DNA of 64,000 nucleotides from an uncultured Acidobacteriota bacterium (GCA_963804995.1 CAWDSK010000005.1:864001-928000), one strand, 5' to 3'. Numbered from the stretch's first letter, positions 18,823-28,186 are shown. Notes: a model not told the origin generated them from the sequence alone. Translations and numbers: made by a program.

Positions 18823-20487
18823 ATGTACCTTGGCACCTCTAGCCGCCGGGTCATGACCCACACCCGCCCGCGGGTGGGTCGGATTACGGCCTCGCTGCCC
18901 GATTCCCATCACATTCTGGAGGACATCCTTTCTGAACCCCTGGTGCGGAAAGCCTTCTCGTGGATGACGCGTCGCGATCCGGACGGCAAGTGCTTCTTCA
19001 TGCGGCTGTGCGAGAATTACGACAACCCCCAATCAGACTTCTGGAAGCGGCTGAAGTGGAGTGTGCCGAACCGGGTCATCGATCTGGGTCTTTGGAAGGC
19101 CAAGCTCGACAAGGAAACGATGAAGCAGCGGCTCTTCCACCATCCCCCCACGGTGAAGGCCCTGACGTTGACGGCCAAGAGCATCGCGACCTACGGTTTG
19201 ACGGTACCGCAGCGCTACACGGCGCCCATGTTTCCGGTCTGGAACATCACGCAGGCGTGTAACCTGTCCTGTAAGCATTGTTACCAGAACGCCCACCGCA
19301 TGCCGGATAAAGACGAGCTGACCACGGAGGAAAAGCTCAGGCTCATTGACCAGATGGGTGAGGAGTTCGTGCCTTTCCTCGCCTTCGCGGGCGGTGAGCC
19401 GCTGGTTGCCCCCGATCTTTGGAAGGTGCTGGAGCGTTGCGAGCAGCAGGGCATTCACGTGACCCTGGCCACCAACGGCACGCTGCTGACGCCGGAAATG
19501 TGCGCTCTTCTGAAGGACGCCAATGTGAAATACGTTGAGGTCAGCCTGGACAGCATCGATCCCGCCACGCACGACGCCTTTCGCGGCCAGCCCAAATCCT
19601 GGGAAAGAACTGTGCAAGGAATTCGCAACTGTGTGGCCGCGGGCATCAAGACCGGCTTGGCGTCCTGCTTCACGCGCCAGACCGCACACACGGTAGACGA
19701 CACCATTAAATTGGCCATCGATCTGGGCTGCAAGACGTTCTCGCATTTCAATTTCATTCCGGTCGGACGAGGCCAGGAAATCATGCAGCAGGACCTGACG
19801 CCGGGCCAGCGCGAACTGCTGTTGCGCAGACTCAAGGAACACTTGGAGGAAGGCAAAATTACGGTAGTTTCTACCGCGCCGCAGTTTGGCCGCACCTGCA
19901 TCGTGTATGGGCCGGAGGAAGGGTTATTCGCCACAGGGCACGCAGGCCGCGGTCCGGGGAAGAAGACCATGGTGCTTTCGCGTTACATCGGCGGGTGCGG
20001 AACGGGCCGCTGCTATTGCGCCATCCAGCCGAACGGAATCATCACCCCTTGTGTGTACATCTCCGGTATCAAAGTGGGCGACATTCGCGAGCGCAGTTTT
20101 CACGAAATCTGGAACAACGCCCTCTTTGACAAGCTTTCCGACCGCGAAGATCGCGGCGACCACTGCGGCGTTTGTACCTACCGGCATTACTGCGGCGGTT
20201 GTCGCGCCCGAGCCTTGGCTTATACGGGTGATATCCTGGCAGGCGACCCGGGCTGCATTTACAATCAGCACGAGTGGCAGGAAATCACCGACGCGGAGGG
20301 CCGTGGCGCAGGCGTAGAGCTCACCCCTGACATGGCCAAGACGGCGGCACAACTTGTGCAAATCGCTACCACCGCGGTCGAGGCGGGGGCCGAGTCAGCC
20401 AACCTCTGGGGGGTTTCGGAGCGGGAAGGGCGGCTGATTAATGACCTGGCCGCGCGGTTGAAGTCCACGTTCACCAATCCCAATTGA
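18823..20487 (+). CDS. Radical SAM/SPASM protein with long N-terminal extension; candidate Gms (GMGT synthase)-like
   Basis: WNITQACNLSCKHCY (CxxxCxxC), FAGGEP, SPASM GCGTGR..C...PC...CGVC...CGGCRARA...DPGC; GGAGGG RBS before ATG 18823. The radical SAM/SPASM call is firm; the Gms assignment is tentative. Confidence 0.85.
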   Translation: MYLGTSSRRVMTHTRPRVGRITASLPDSHHILEDILSEPLVRKAFSWMTRRDPDGKCFFMRLCENYDNPQSDFWKRLKWSVPNRVIDLGLWKAKLDKETMKQRLFHHPPTVKALTLTAKSIATYGLTVPQRYTAPMFPVWNITQACNLSCKHCYQNAHRMPDKDELTTEEKLRLIDQMGEEFVPFLAFAGGEPLVAPDLWKVLERCEQQGIHVTLATNGTLLTPEMCALLKDANVKYVEVSLDSIDPATHDAFRGQPKSWERTVQGIRNCVAAGIKTGLASCFTRQTAHTVDDTIKLAIDLGCKTFSHFNFIPVGRGQEIMQQDLTPGQRELLLRRLKEHLEEGKITVVSTAPQFGRTCIVYGPEEGLFATGHAGRGPGKKTMVLSRYIGGCGTGRCYCAIQPNGIITPCVYISGIKVGDIRERSFHEIWNNALFDKLSDREDRGDHCGVCTYRHYCGGCRARALAYTGDILAGDPGCIYNQHEWQEITDAEGRGAGVELTPDMAKTAAQLVQIATTAVEAGAESANLWGVSEREGRLINDLAARLKSTFTNPN

Positions 20488-20533
20488 GGGGACGTGGCCC
20501 CGGATGACAGCAGGTGCCAGAAGGGATGAATAC

Positions 20534-21079
20534 ATGACTGAATTCACCAACGTTCCCCAGGACGGGGATGGCACCGGAGCGTCCTCGAAGCATGAGACCG
20601 GGCAAGCGACGCTCGCGGCCATCAGCGAAGTCTCGATAGCGGCCACGGATGCTGTGGACCAGATTGCGGCCGCACCCCGAAAGACTAGCTGGCTGCCCAT
20701 CGCTGGTTTCCTGCTCTTTGCTTATGTTGCCAGCAGCTTCTCTGTAATCTACACACTGAAATCAGAACCATGGGTGCAAGCTTTCCTAACGCCGATAATC
20801 CCGGCGCTCATCGCCGCGTTGGTGTTCTGGCGGTGCCAGGTGTGGAAGTTCCGCTCGCGCGAGTGGAGAGGCAAGGAGAAAGCGCGGCATGACGCCCTGA
20901 ACTCACTCGCCCACGAAGCGGCAAACGGCGTCAACGCCATCCGCGCGAATTTGGCCGGTCTCAGTGAGGCGACTTCTGAGACTACCGCCGAGGACCACCG
21001 GAAACAGGTGGATCGAGCCCTCGCCCGTATCGACGCAGCCCTCGAAAGGGCAGTTCGAGAAACGCAGCCAACCAAATAG
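20534..21079 (+). CDS. Two-TM membrane protein with a C-terminal HisKA-like helical hairpin
   Basis: Two hydrophobic segments, then LNSLAHEAANGVNAI resembling an H-box; no ATPase domain. Confidence 0.55.
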   Translation: MTEFTNVPQDGDGTGASSKHETGQATLAAISEVSIAATDAVDQIAAAPRKTSWLPIAGFLLFAYVASSFSVIYTLKSEPWVQAFLTPIIPALIAALVFWRCQVWKFRSREWRGKEKARHDALNSLAHEAANGVNAIRANLAGLSEATSETTAEDHRKQVDRALARIDAALERAVRETQPTK

Positions 21080-21245
21080 AGAGCGCCGAAGCCAGGCGTG
21101 GAACTACGCACTCCATACCTTATGTGGGTACTCGAAACCCGCGACTCTTGGTATCATAGGGGAGGAGCGGCCGTGGAGTTAAGGTATCGGTCCGCCCTTA
21201 GGTTCGGAAGGCCTGCGGTCCTGACCGCCCAATCCATCTCAAAAT

Positions 21246-21689
21246 ATGCCCAAGCGCAAAACCACTTCAGTCCCTGTCCTCAATCCTCAATACTGCTGCT
21301 ACCGCCTGCGAGTGGCACAGTCTAAGATTCATCGCTGGGGTGTTTACGCTGCGGAGGACATCCCTGCTAACCGCAAGGTAATCGAGTACACGGGTGAAAA
21401 AATCCCTCCCCGCAAGGCCGAGCGGCGGGCGAGTACGCCTTACCTTTTTGTACTCAACAAGTACTGGACGCTCGACGGCGGGGTGGGAGGCTCCGGCGCA
21501 GAGTTGATCAACCATTCCTGCGAGCCCAACCTGGTGTCTCGGATCATGAAGGGCCACATCCTTTACATGAGCCTGCGGCCGATCGAAAAAGGGGAGGAAT
21601 TGCTGGTTGATTACAACTACGACGACACCGACGAAACCATGCGTTGCCTCTGCGGACAACGGAATTGCCGCGGGGTCATTAATCGCTAG
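21246..21689 (+). CDS. SET-domain protein-lysine methyltransferase
   Basis: SKIHRWGVYA, IEYTGE, INHSCEPN, GEELLVDY, post-SET CLCGQRNCRG. Confidence 0.92.
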   Translation: MPKRKTTSVPVLNPQYCCYRLRVAQSKIHRWGVYAAEDIPANRKVIEYTGEKIPPRKAERRASTPYLFVLNKYWTLDGGVGGSGAELINHSCEPNLVSRIMKGHILYMSLRPIEKGEELLVDYNYDDTDETMRCLCGQRNCRGVINR

Positions 21690-21699
21690 TGTTGCGTAG

Positions 21700-21811
21700 C
21701 GCCTTGGACTGCGGTAGCAGCAGCTACCGCCTTTCTTCCTCCACCCCTTGTGTCTTTGCCGTATGATCCGAAGGCGGAAGGCGGTAGCTGCTGCTACCGC
21801 AGTCCAAGGCG
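21700..21811. repeat. REPIN-like palindrome related to family B
   Basis: CGCCTTGGACTGCGGTAGCAGCAGCTACCGCCTT ... AAGGCGGTAGCTGCTGCTACCGCAGTCCAAGGCG between convergent genes. Confidence 0.85.
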
Positions 21812-21862
21812 GGCTTCGCCCGCAATTAGACTCCCTAATCCGTGACCACAACTAAGTTGGGG

Positions 21863-24800
21863 TTATCGCGCATTCGCGCTGATGCGTTTGAAGGTGACGC
21901 GAACGCTCTCACCGTTCGTCCCGGTTGCTTCCCCACCGGCGAGCAAAGACTTGGCATCGATGGCGTTTCCGAGATCCTCATAAAGCTCATCAGAAAGGTA
22001 ATTTGCCGCGCCCATTCGTCCGGCTGCAATCCAGGCCTCGATTGCGGGGTTGAATGCCGCCCCCAGCAGCGCGGCGTGGCCCTCGGGCAGTCCGCTGCTC
22101 CTCGCCAAATCCGCCAGGGAGGTGTCGCTCAAGATACGCTGCATATCCTGGCCTGCTTTCGACGCCGGCGAATTTCCTTTGAGCAGAGCGTCAGCCAGAC
22201 TGGAAATCGTCAGTTGCTCCGCAATCTTCGATTTCACAATCTGCTCGAAGGTTTCGCCCCCCAGGAAACGCTGCAAGGAGTTGATGAGGTCGCGGAATTC
22301 CTTGCGGGCGGCTTCATTCTTCGCGGGGTCGGGATCGAACGTAATGTGCTCAACATCAATCTGGGAGAGAACGTTCTTAAGCGCGGCTGGATCGCCCGCC
22401 GTCCCCGCGGCATTCGCGGCGGCCATCTCCTGATCGCAAGCGCGTCCGGCCTTCCAGAGATCCTGAAGAATCGGGATGGGAGCAGGCTTGGCCAGCTTGC
22501 GCCCAAAAGCTTCCCGAGTGAATTCATGACAATAGTAGAGATTCTGAAAAGGCGGCTGGTCGGCGATCGTTGAAGACTCCATAAAAAGGAAATCATATCC
22601 AAGCTGGGCTTTCGCCCCGATTTCCACGGCTCGCGCCGCCGCCACCTTGCCGATGGGGTAAGGTTGCCAGGAGGGCGCGCTGCCCTCCCTGCGCTCGACC
22701 ATTCCCACAGGGCGATATACCTCTAGCGTCCCGACGTTCGCCCCTTCCAAAAAAGATTCGGGCTGGGTGGGCAGGGACTTCATCTGTTGATAGACAGCGG
22801 CGTCAGCAGGAGTGAGCGGCGTGTACTCGTAACCCCAACCAATCTCATTCACCATATAAAAGGGTTTGCCCTGGTAGCTCTCAGTCTTGATAAGCCCGGA
22901 GTGGTTTTGGGGACTTTGGGGTGAACCCAAGGCGCGCTGGACGTAGCCGATGGGGCCGCCCGTGCGCAGCACCACATCACCATCGGCAAGCTGATACGGC
23001 CGCTTTTGGGGATCATCGGGGTCAGGGAGTAGCGCGATTTCCTGAGGAATGCTCCCATTCGCCGCCGCGACTTCCTTGTAGGTTTTCGTCGTGGTCTTTG
23101 CCTCGCGGAACGTTGCGACACCGAGGGCGATGTCGTCCAGCGTCGTCTTGTAGAGCAGGGGACAAAGCCGCTGCTTGATTTCGTACTGAATGGGCACGCT
23201 CGCGAGGTACGCCTCACCATCTGTCACTCCCACGCGAATCAGCACAACACCTGGCTTGGCTCCGACATTGAATGCTAATTCCAAACCGGTTCCCAGCACC
23301 TGCCAAGGAGAATCGGGTGAGGGGCGTTGATACCACGTCACCTGCGAGGATGCCGGTGGCTTGTCAGCGGAGGTAAGCAGCTTCAGCCGGGCCGAGTCTG
23401 ACGTGTAAAACGTTCCGCCAGGAATCACCTCCTGCCAAACACCTTCCGGGGGCAGGTCGTGCTTGGGCGCACCCAGTGATTCGTTGATGCCTTCGAGGCT
23501 GAGGACCAGCAACTCGCGGCGCTCGGCGGAAAACCGCACGGTTGCTTCCTTCTTGCCGCCCGAAACCGAGGGGATGGAGAGGGCCGTCGCGCCTTCGAAA
23601 GCCCGAAGCGCCGCGGCCATTGGCACACAGGTTTTGGGCCCAGGACACACGGCGATTAGCTTGCCATCGGCCGTGAGCAGAGGACCGCCTGACTCACCGG
23701 GATCGAGCGCCCGCGCCAACCGTACAAGACCGGCGGTGCCAGCGCTGGGGCGGGATTCGAGAGTGACGTCAACCTGCTGAACTTTAGCTTGTTCTTGATC
23801 GGTGCCGAAGGGAAAGCCCAGCAAGGTGGCGGATGATGGCGTTGCCCCCTCGCCCGTGGGCAGGAGTGGCGTGACAGTGCTGGACTCACCAACGATCTTG
23901 AGCCACGCCAGATCATTTGCCCCTTCCGCATGTACATTGATTATTTCCGGGGGATTCGAGCTGCCCGCGGCTGGCTTGGGTTCCATAAGGTCCGCCGGCA
24001 GCTTCCACAATTCCAGAGTGTGCCGGCTGGTGCTTAACGCGTCGGTCAAGTCAAGCTCACCTTTCACCGTCATGACCCGTGTATCGATGGGCCAAGCGGC
24101 GAGCTGGTAGGTTTTGGGATCCAGTTCGTATCCGGAGCGGCTCATCAAGGACAACACCTGGGCGTCGAACTTCCAGGGTTGAACAACTCGTTTGGCGGTC
24201 AGCAGCGTGCCATCGGTGTCAATCAGGAAAGCAGTGCCGGACTGCGCGTAGCGCTGCACATCGTGGGTCCGCGGATTGCGCAAAGAGTAGGCACAGTAAA
24301 TCAGGAACATGCGTCCTGCCGCGGCGGCCGAGAGGGTGCGGGCCGTGCTCAACTTTTCCTGGCGCTGCTTCGCCAACACGCCCGCGGCGAGCGAGAAGGG
24401 TGTCGAAAGGGTGTCGATCAACTTGAGAACCGCGGCCTGGATCATGGGCTCGTCGGTGAAGGCGTGCATGGGGATGGTTTGATCCAGGTTGACGGGCAAC
24501 ACAACCTGCCGCGCCCTCATCACCGCCGCTTCCAGAGTGCTCAACTGGACCAGAATAAAGAGCTGCCCCGTGAGGTGCAAAGTATCCTGACTTACCAGCC
24601 GGCGGATAGGTTCAAGTGAGTCGAACTCCGCGAAAACGAAGGACAGGCGAAGCGGCGTGGGCAAATCCACCGCGGCGCTCTTCGACAACCGAAACTCCGT
24701 GTCGTAGGGTTCAACGTGGACGGGCAGGTCATTGGCGCGCACGTCCTGAAAGTAGATCTTCACGACGGTGGCCGGCCGGTCAACCGGATTCATGCTGACG

Positions 24801-25039
24801 AACAGGTTGAGTGCCAGGTGGTCGAGGTTGATATCCTGATAGGCCACACTGCGCACCACGGTGAGATCGCCTTTCATCTTTTCCGAGGTCTTCTCCGGCA
24901 GGTGATAAACCTTGACTCCCTTCAGGCCGGAAGGTAACTCAGCCTGCTCCTTGTTATCGGGAAGAGGAGCGCGGGAGAATCCCAAAGCACACGTTAGGAC
25001 GAAAGTGATAGCTGCGAACGCGATGGTTTTGCGCGCCAT
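21863..25039 (-). CDS. Large exported multidomain protein: trypsin-like domain plus permuted NlpC/P60 (YiiX/YebB-like) domain
   Basis: Signal peptide from ATG 25039; SGTAFLI..LLTAKRVV..NDLA..GESGGPL; later GDVVLRTG..NHSGLI..YDF..YYCHEF. Confidence 0.7.
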   Translation of the reverse strand: MARKTIAFAAITFVLTCALGFSRAPLPDNKEQAELPSGLKGVKVYHLPEKTSEKMKGDLTVVRSVAYQDINLDHLALNLFVSMNPVDRPATVVKIYFQDVRANDLPVHVEPYDTEFRLSKSAAVDLPTPLRLSFVFAEFDSLEPIRRLVSQDTLHLTGQLFILVQLSTLEAAVMRARQVVLPVNLDQTIPMHAFTDEPMIQAAVLKLIDTLSTPFSLAAGVLAKQRQEKLSTARTLSAAAAGRMFLIYCAYSLRNPRTHDVQRYAQSGTAFLIDTDGTLLTAKRVVQPWKFDAQVLSLMSRSGYELDPKTYQLAAWPIDTRVMTVKGELDLTDALSTSRHTLELWKLPADLMEPKPAAGSSNPPEIINVHAEGANDLAWLKIVGESSTVTPLLPTGEGATPSSATLLGFPFGTDQEQAKVQQVDVTLESRPSAGTAGLVRLARALDPGESGGPLLTADGKLIAVCPGPKTCVPMAAALRAFEGATALSIPSVSGGKKEATVRFSAERRELLVLSLEGINESLGAPKHDLPPEGVWQEVIPGGTFYTSDSARLKLLTSADKPPASSQVTWYQRPSPDSPWQVLGTGLELAFNVGAKPGVVLIRVGVTDGEAYLASVPIQYEIKQRLCPLLYKTTLDDIALGVATFREAKTTTKTYKEVAAANGSIPQEIALLPDPDDPQKRPYQLADGDVVLRTGGPIGYVQRALGSPQSPQNHSGLIKTESYQGKPFYMVNEIGWGYEYTPLTPADAAVYQQMKSLPTQPESFLEGANVGTLEVYRPVGMVERREGSAPSWQPYPIGKVAAARAVEIGAKAQLGYDFLFMESSTIADQPPFQNLYYCHEFTREAFGRKLAKPAPIPILQDLWKAGRACDQEMAAANAAGTAGDPAALKNVLSQIDVEHITFDPDPAKNEAARKEFRDLINSLQRFLGGETFEQIVKSKIAEQLTISSLADALLKGNSPASKAGQDMQRILSDTSLADLARSSGLPEGHAALLGAAFNPAIEAWIAAGRMGAANYLSDELYEDLGNAIDAKSLLAGGEATGTNGESVRVTFKRISANAR

Positions 25040-25380
25040 AATCCAGGAGCTCCCTGCGGAACGAAATCCAGATATTCCGTTTCCGCCACAACCAGCAGAT
25101 TGCATATTAACCGGCATGGGTTCTGATTGCGGAGTATAGCAGCTTGCGAACCGGCAGGATAATGCCAACCGAGGCATTGCTGCCTTGCTTCCTAAAAAGG
25201 CTTAGCGCGGCTAAGCGGCATGCGAAAAGTCATAGGAAGAAAACGCATGAGGATGGGAAAAGTAGTGGGACCTCGCTCGCTATGCCGCGCGGAGAGCAAC
25301 AAGTGGGACGTCCCACTTCTTTACAATTAAGATGTGCGTCCCACCATGGCGTACAGCCGAATGCCCCCCAGATTCAGGGT

Positions 25381-25530
25381 TAACTTCCAACGCTCATCGC
25401 CGGCGGAATGGATGGTGGCGGGGCGAAACAGTTTTTCGTACTTGGCGCCCATCACCGCGGTCGCTGCTGTTTTCATGAAATCTCAACGAGTGGATTGGTT
25501 TGCGAGTTATGGCTCTGAGGTCTGATTCAT
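25381..25530 (-). pseudogene. Remnant 5' end of a Tat-exported protein
   Basis: MNQTSEP*LANQSTR*DFMKTAATAVMGA...PATIHSAGDE with GGAG RBS; both stops are single C>T changes, and the second restores STRRDFMK. Confidence 0.55.
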
Positions 25531-25579
25531 AGGCGCCACTCCGATATGTTGTCAGCACCACCGATTTATCTTTTCAGTA

Positions 25580-25627
25580 CCACCCCGGCGCTCGGCGCGC
25601 CACCCCTCCTCATCTGAGGAGGGGAGT
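25580..25627. repeat. REP-like hairpin cluster
   Basis: CCACCCCGGCGCTCGGCGCGCCACCCCTCCTCATCTGAGGAGGGGAG downstream of the ORF stop. Confidence 0.55.
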
Positions 25628-25648
25628 TTTAGTGCCACTGCCCCGCGC

Positions 25649-26209
25649 TTAATTCCCCAGCTTGACCGGGACGGAGCCATTCTCCGTTGGCGCTTTGCTG
25701 AGGTCCAGGAGGAGCTTAGGTGTGACCTTCTTGTCGTTGCACAGCACCGGGAATTGCAGTGTGGACTGGCGACTACTCGCGCCGGCCACGAGCACAAAAG
25801 CAAGTTTCCGGGATTCCACTTGCATGCTCTTTATCGAAACACCGGAAATCTTGATGGCGTCGCGCTTGAGCCCCTCAAAGCTGAGCCGCGTGGGTCCCGG
25901 ATGGGCGGAAAGATTCAATTGAAGGTTCCAGCGCGTGCCCGACTTGACCCAACGGGTTTGCTGATCGAGGCACCCGCGCAAGAGGAGTTCGTCAGGGTTC
26001 TCGCAGCAACCGACGGGGGGAGGCAAAGGATCGCAGACTTGCGGTGGCCCCGGCGTTTGCGCCTTTGCCCCGCAGGCCAGGACGATTCCTGTCCCCACGG
26101 TTGTGGCCGTGCGCATCAGATTTTCCAGATGGGCCAGGGTGCGCTCCCTGACCGTCCCCGCGCCGGGTTCAGGCGGCGAAAGGCCTTTTCGCGTTCGGTT
26201 CTTTTTCAT
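25649..26209 (-). CDS. Hypothetical lipoprotein-like protein with VCDPLPPP motif (putative radical SAM partner)
   Basis: GGAG RBS, basic N-terminus, GIVLAC lipobox-like site, QVCDPLPPPVGCC, beta-rich C-terminal domain. Confidence 0.7.
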   Translation of the reverse strand: MKKNRTRKGLSPPEPGAGTVRERTLAHLENLMRTATTVGTGIVLACGAKAQTPGPPQVCDPLPPPVGCCENPDELLLRGCLDQQTRWVKSGTRWNLQLNLSAHPGPTRLSFEGLKRDAIKISGVSIKSMQVESRKLAFVLVAGASSRQSTLQFPVLCNDKKVTPKLLLDLSKAPTENGSVPVKLGN

Positions 26210-26340
26210 GAAATCTCCATTTCTGTTCTGTTGGCTTAGCTTCACACTGCCGTGCAATACGGTAATGTCTTATTTTTGAGCGAGGACTTTGTGCCATCGT
26301 GCTGTGAAACGCTCCCTGGTCGTCAATTGGTGCCTGGGCG

Positions 26341-26413
26341 ACCCCCTCACCCGTCCCGCCCCGGCTGATGAAAACGCCGGTTGCGGTCCACCCTCTCCCC
26401 CAAGGGGGCGAGG
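26341..26413. repeat. REP-like repeat family A (reverse orientation)
   Basis: CCCCTCACCCGTCCCGCCCCGGCTGATGAAAACGCCGGTTGCGGTCCACCCTCTCCCC. Confidence 0.8.
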
Positions 26414-26422
26414 GTTATAGAT

Positions 26423-28045
26423 TCAAATCAACATCCCTTTCACAGGTGAGAAATCCGCGTCAGCCTCACACTGCCCAGCCTCACGAATCGTGTTTTCGAT
26501 TTCTGTTTCGAGTCTGCCGGCCGCCTCGTGGATCAGGCGCTCCGTGGCTCGGAGCCTGGTGGTAAGCTCCGCTGTGAATTCCATATCTTCCTGGCTTGGT
26601 CTGCGCGCTTTCACGAATCCGATGATCTCCCGCACTCCCCGCACGGAATCCAGCGTCAGCTCGCGAGTGAGTTCTTTAGCTTTCACCCGCCAAGCCTCGC
26701 GGAAAACTTGCGGATGAAATCGGGCCGCCACCTCCACAACAAATCGTGTGCCCATCAGAAGATTCGCGGCGGACTCACCGGAGAAGTTGCGCACATAGAA
26801 ACACTGCATGGCCAGCTCAAAGATTCTCTGCACTTCGTCGTCGTGGATTCGATAATTCCAATCGAGGTAGTCTCCCTGGCATCGCCCCTCCGCCTGCATC
26901 ATGGCGAGGAGCGGCGTACCGGCATAGAGCTCGACGCGGCCAAAGTTCTGCGGTACGGCGGCGAATTTCTCCATGAAGGCGAGATTAGTTTCGAGATCCT
27001 GGATTTCGGTCGACGGGTCAAAGATGAGCGTATTGAAGCAGGCGTAAATGCCAAACCGCTCCATGAGTTCGAGGGCAGCACCATTCTGCGCACTCCCCAC
27101 CCGGCGTCCCATGGTCAGCAGACCCTGCTCGGAATTACTTTCGATGCCCACATAAACCCGGATGAGCCCCAGCCGCTCCCGCATTGCAGATATAAGCTCC
27201 GGGTCGAGGTCGTTGGGGCGCGCCTTGACGACCGTGGCAATATTCCGAACCCCGCGCCGCTCCAGCGCGTCGGCCAGGGAGGCAACGCGCTTCAGGGTTT
27301 GGGCGCGATTGGGCAGGAAAAAATTATCGTCATGGAAGATAAAGATATCGATTTTTCTTTGGTGATACAGCGCTGCCATTTCCTCGGCAACGTCCTCCAC
27401 TGGTCGCAGCCGGAAGCGCTTGCCGGGTTGGGTTTGCTCATGCCAGGCGGAGATGCAACAAAAAGCGCAGTTCGCATAGCAACCACGACTGGCTACCAGG
27501 GGAGCCACGCGGTGACCGAGGCATTCGGACGGCGCCCCGCGGCGATCGGGCGGAGGGAGTTTGTGCAGATCGGGAGGAGCGGGCAAGGCCGTCAAGCGGA
27601 TTTCACCGGGCGCGTCGCGGTAAGCCAGGCCGGGGATTTGGGCTACGTCACTTTCCGAGCGGAGAGCCTGCGCGAGCCTCACCAGGGTTTCCTCCGCCTC
27701 GTGCCGGCAGATCGAATCGATCTCCGGAAAATCTCGCAGGATTTCCCGGCACGCAAAGGTTCCGAAATGGCCGCCCGCGGTGATATGCCCCGTATAGTCT
27801 CTTTGCCGAAGCGCGATGCTAAGGGCGAAAAAATCCTTCGCCCGGCGCTGGAAGGAAAGGGAAAGCCCGATGAGCGCCGGCGGTTCACCTGAATCGAGCA
27901 ACCTCGCAAGCACCCGGGGCAGGTCGTGAGGGCCGTCGAAGGGAACTATGGCGGACTCAAATCCGGCGGCTTCAAGGGACGAGGCAAGATATCGCAGACT
28001 GAGGTTTTCTTCGAGTTCAGGGCCAACCAGCGCAACTTGGAACAC
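26423..28045 (-). CDS. Cobalamin-binding radical SAM protein
   Basis: EENLSLRYLAS, AGGHF, SRGCYANCAFC, FHDDNF, VGIES; GTG start with GGAAGG RBS. Confidence 0.92.
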   Translation of the reverse strand: MFQVALVGPELEENLSLRYLASSLEAAGFESAIVPFDGPHDLPRVLARLLDSGEPPALIGLSLSFQRRAKDFFALSIALRQRDYTGHITAGGHFGTFACREILRDFPEIDSICRHEAEETLVRLAQALRSESDVAQIPGLAYRDAPGEIRLTALPAPPDLHKLPPPDRRGAPSECLGHRVAPLVASRGCYANCAFCCISAWHEQTQPGKRFRLRPVEDVAEEMAALYHQRKIDIFIFHDDNFFLPNRAQTLKRVASLADALERRGVRNIATVVKARPNDLDPELISAMRERLGLIRVYVGIESNSEQGLLTMGRRVGSAQNGAALELMERFGIYACFNTLIFDPSTEIQDLETNLAFMEKFAAVPQNFGRVELYAGTPLLAMMQAEGRCQGDYLDWNYRIHDDEVQRIFELAMQCFYVRNFSGESAANLLMGTRFVVEVAARFHPQVFREAWRVKAKELTRELTLDSVRGVREIIGFVKARRPSQEDMEFTAELTTRLRATERLIHEAAGRLETEIENTIREAGQCEADADFSPVKGMLI

Positions 28046-28096
28046 TTGTGTTTCCTTCCGTGCACAAGCGAGTGGATTCTATCTTGAAATTCAAGA

Positions 28097-28181
28097 GAGC
28101 GCAGACCTGTTTTGGAGGTCTGCGGTTCGTCCCCCCATTGTCGATAAAAAGCCGCGGACCTACAGGACAGGTCCGCGCTAC
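28097..28181. repeat. REP doublet (GTAG-type ends)
   Basis: AGCGCAGACCTG..AGGTCTGCGG and CCGCGGACCT..CAGGTCCGCGCTAC in inverted arrangement. Confidence 0.6.
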
Positions 28182-28186
28182 CTGCT

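Noticed and set aside
18823..20487. Radical SAM/SPASM protein as tetraether synthase (Tes), AhbC/D or RiPP maturase
   Set aside because: Lacks the N-terminal Cys metal-binding motif of Tes; no heme genes, precursor peptide or PqqD-like gene nearby; not fully excluded without a search
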